DNA from: Lytechinus pictus | Taxonomy: Eukaryota | Assembly: GCF_037042905.1 (NCBI RefSeq) | Contig: NC_087245.1 | Location: forward strand, 8,682,001-8,746,000 | Reading direction: 5' to 3' | Length of the DNA: 64,000 nt | Part shown: positions 63,571 to 64,000 of the stretch, one piece after another | How positions within the stretch are numbered: position 1 is the first letter of the stretch | Layout of the letters: every line of letters begins with the position of its first letter | Translations under genes and position numbers: made by a program | Notes under the pieces: model-generated | Seen by the model: only the letters and a program-made list of their open reading frames with translations | What the model was told of the DNA's origin: nothing | The model's database searches: none

Positions 63571-64000
63571 ACGGTTGTTTAAAAGTTTAAACAATAGTTA
63601 TTAGAGTGACGGGCTTAAAAACGTGCTTACAATTTTGAACAGCGTTTTTACAGTGTATGCATGTGCTTAGAAAAATTGTATTAAGCGCTATAAATGTTGC
63701 ATATCATCATTATAATGAGCCCAGAAGAAAATGTTTGGGTAAGTTTTAAGTGAGAAGTTGTCGGGGAAGTTGTTCGACATCACAGATCTTGTTCGCAATG
63801 CAAATGGGAGAATCTCTAATAGCATTATAGTGTTCTTAACATTTAAATGCTCATAACTTTCTAAATGTTGTCCAGTTTTACGAAAACTTTCGTTGATCTT
63901 ATTTTTATCATTTTTCTGCTTTCATACCGGTTAACTTGTTCCAAAGTTTTATTCTCCTTCAATCCCAGTAGGAATAGACATGTAAGGCGCGGTTTTGCCT

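Overview
AT-rich, repeat-dense eukaryotic (animal) genomic DNA. The repeat families look like those of sea urchins or other echinoderms, but that is inference. The dominant feature is a head-to-tail array of three full-length, near-identical Tx1-clade (L1 group) non-LTR retrotransposons at 38340-44144, 44195-49998 and 50045-57581. All three sit in a (TTTC)n microsatellite and are separated only by TC(TTTC)11-12. Copies 1 and 2 have intact ORF1 (514 aa, CCHC zinc knuckle) and ORF2 (1285 aa, APE endonuclease + RT + zinc finger). The most striking observation is in copy 3: its first ~700 bp carry about 90 substitutions (hand count), all A->G on the sense strand and depleted after G, while the rest of the copy is essentially unmutated. 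This is the signature of an ADAR hyper-edited RNA that was reverse-transcribed into the genome. Copy 3 is also hit by two copies of a ~0.9-kb TIR element with no clean TSD. The left half holds three phase-compatible candidate exons of an unidentified minus-strand gene, a CpG-rich bidirectional promoter-like segment that appears to lie inside a Mutator-like element, and many nested non-autonomous DNA transposons (TTAA, TA, 2-, 8- and 9-bp TSD types).
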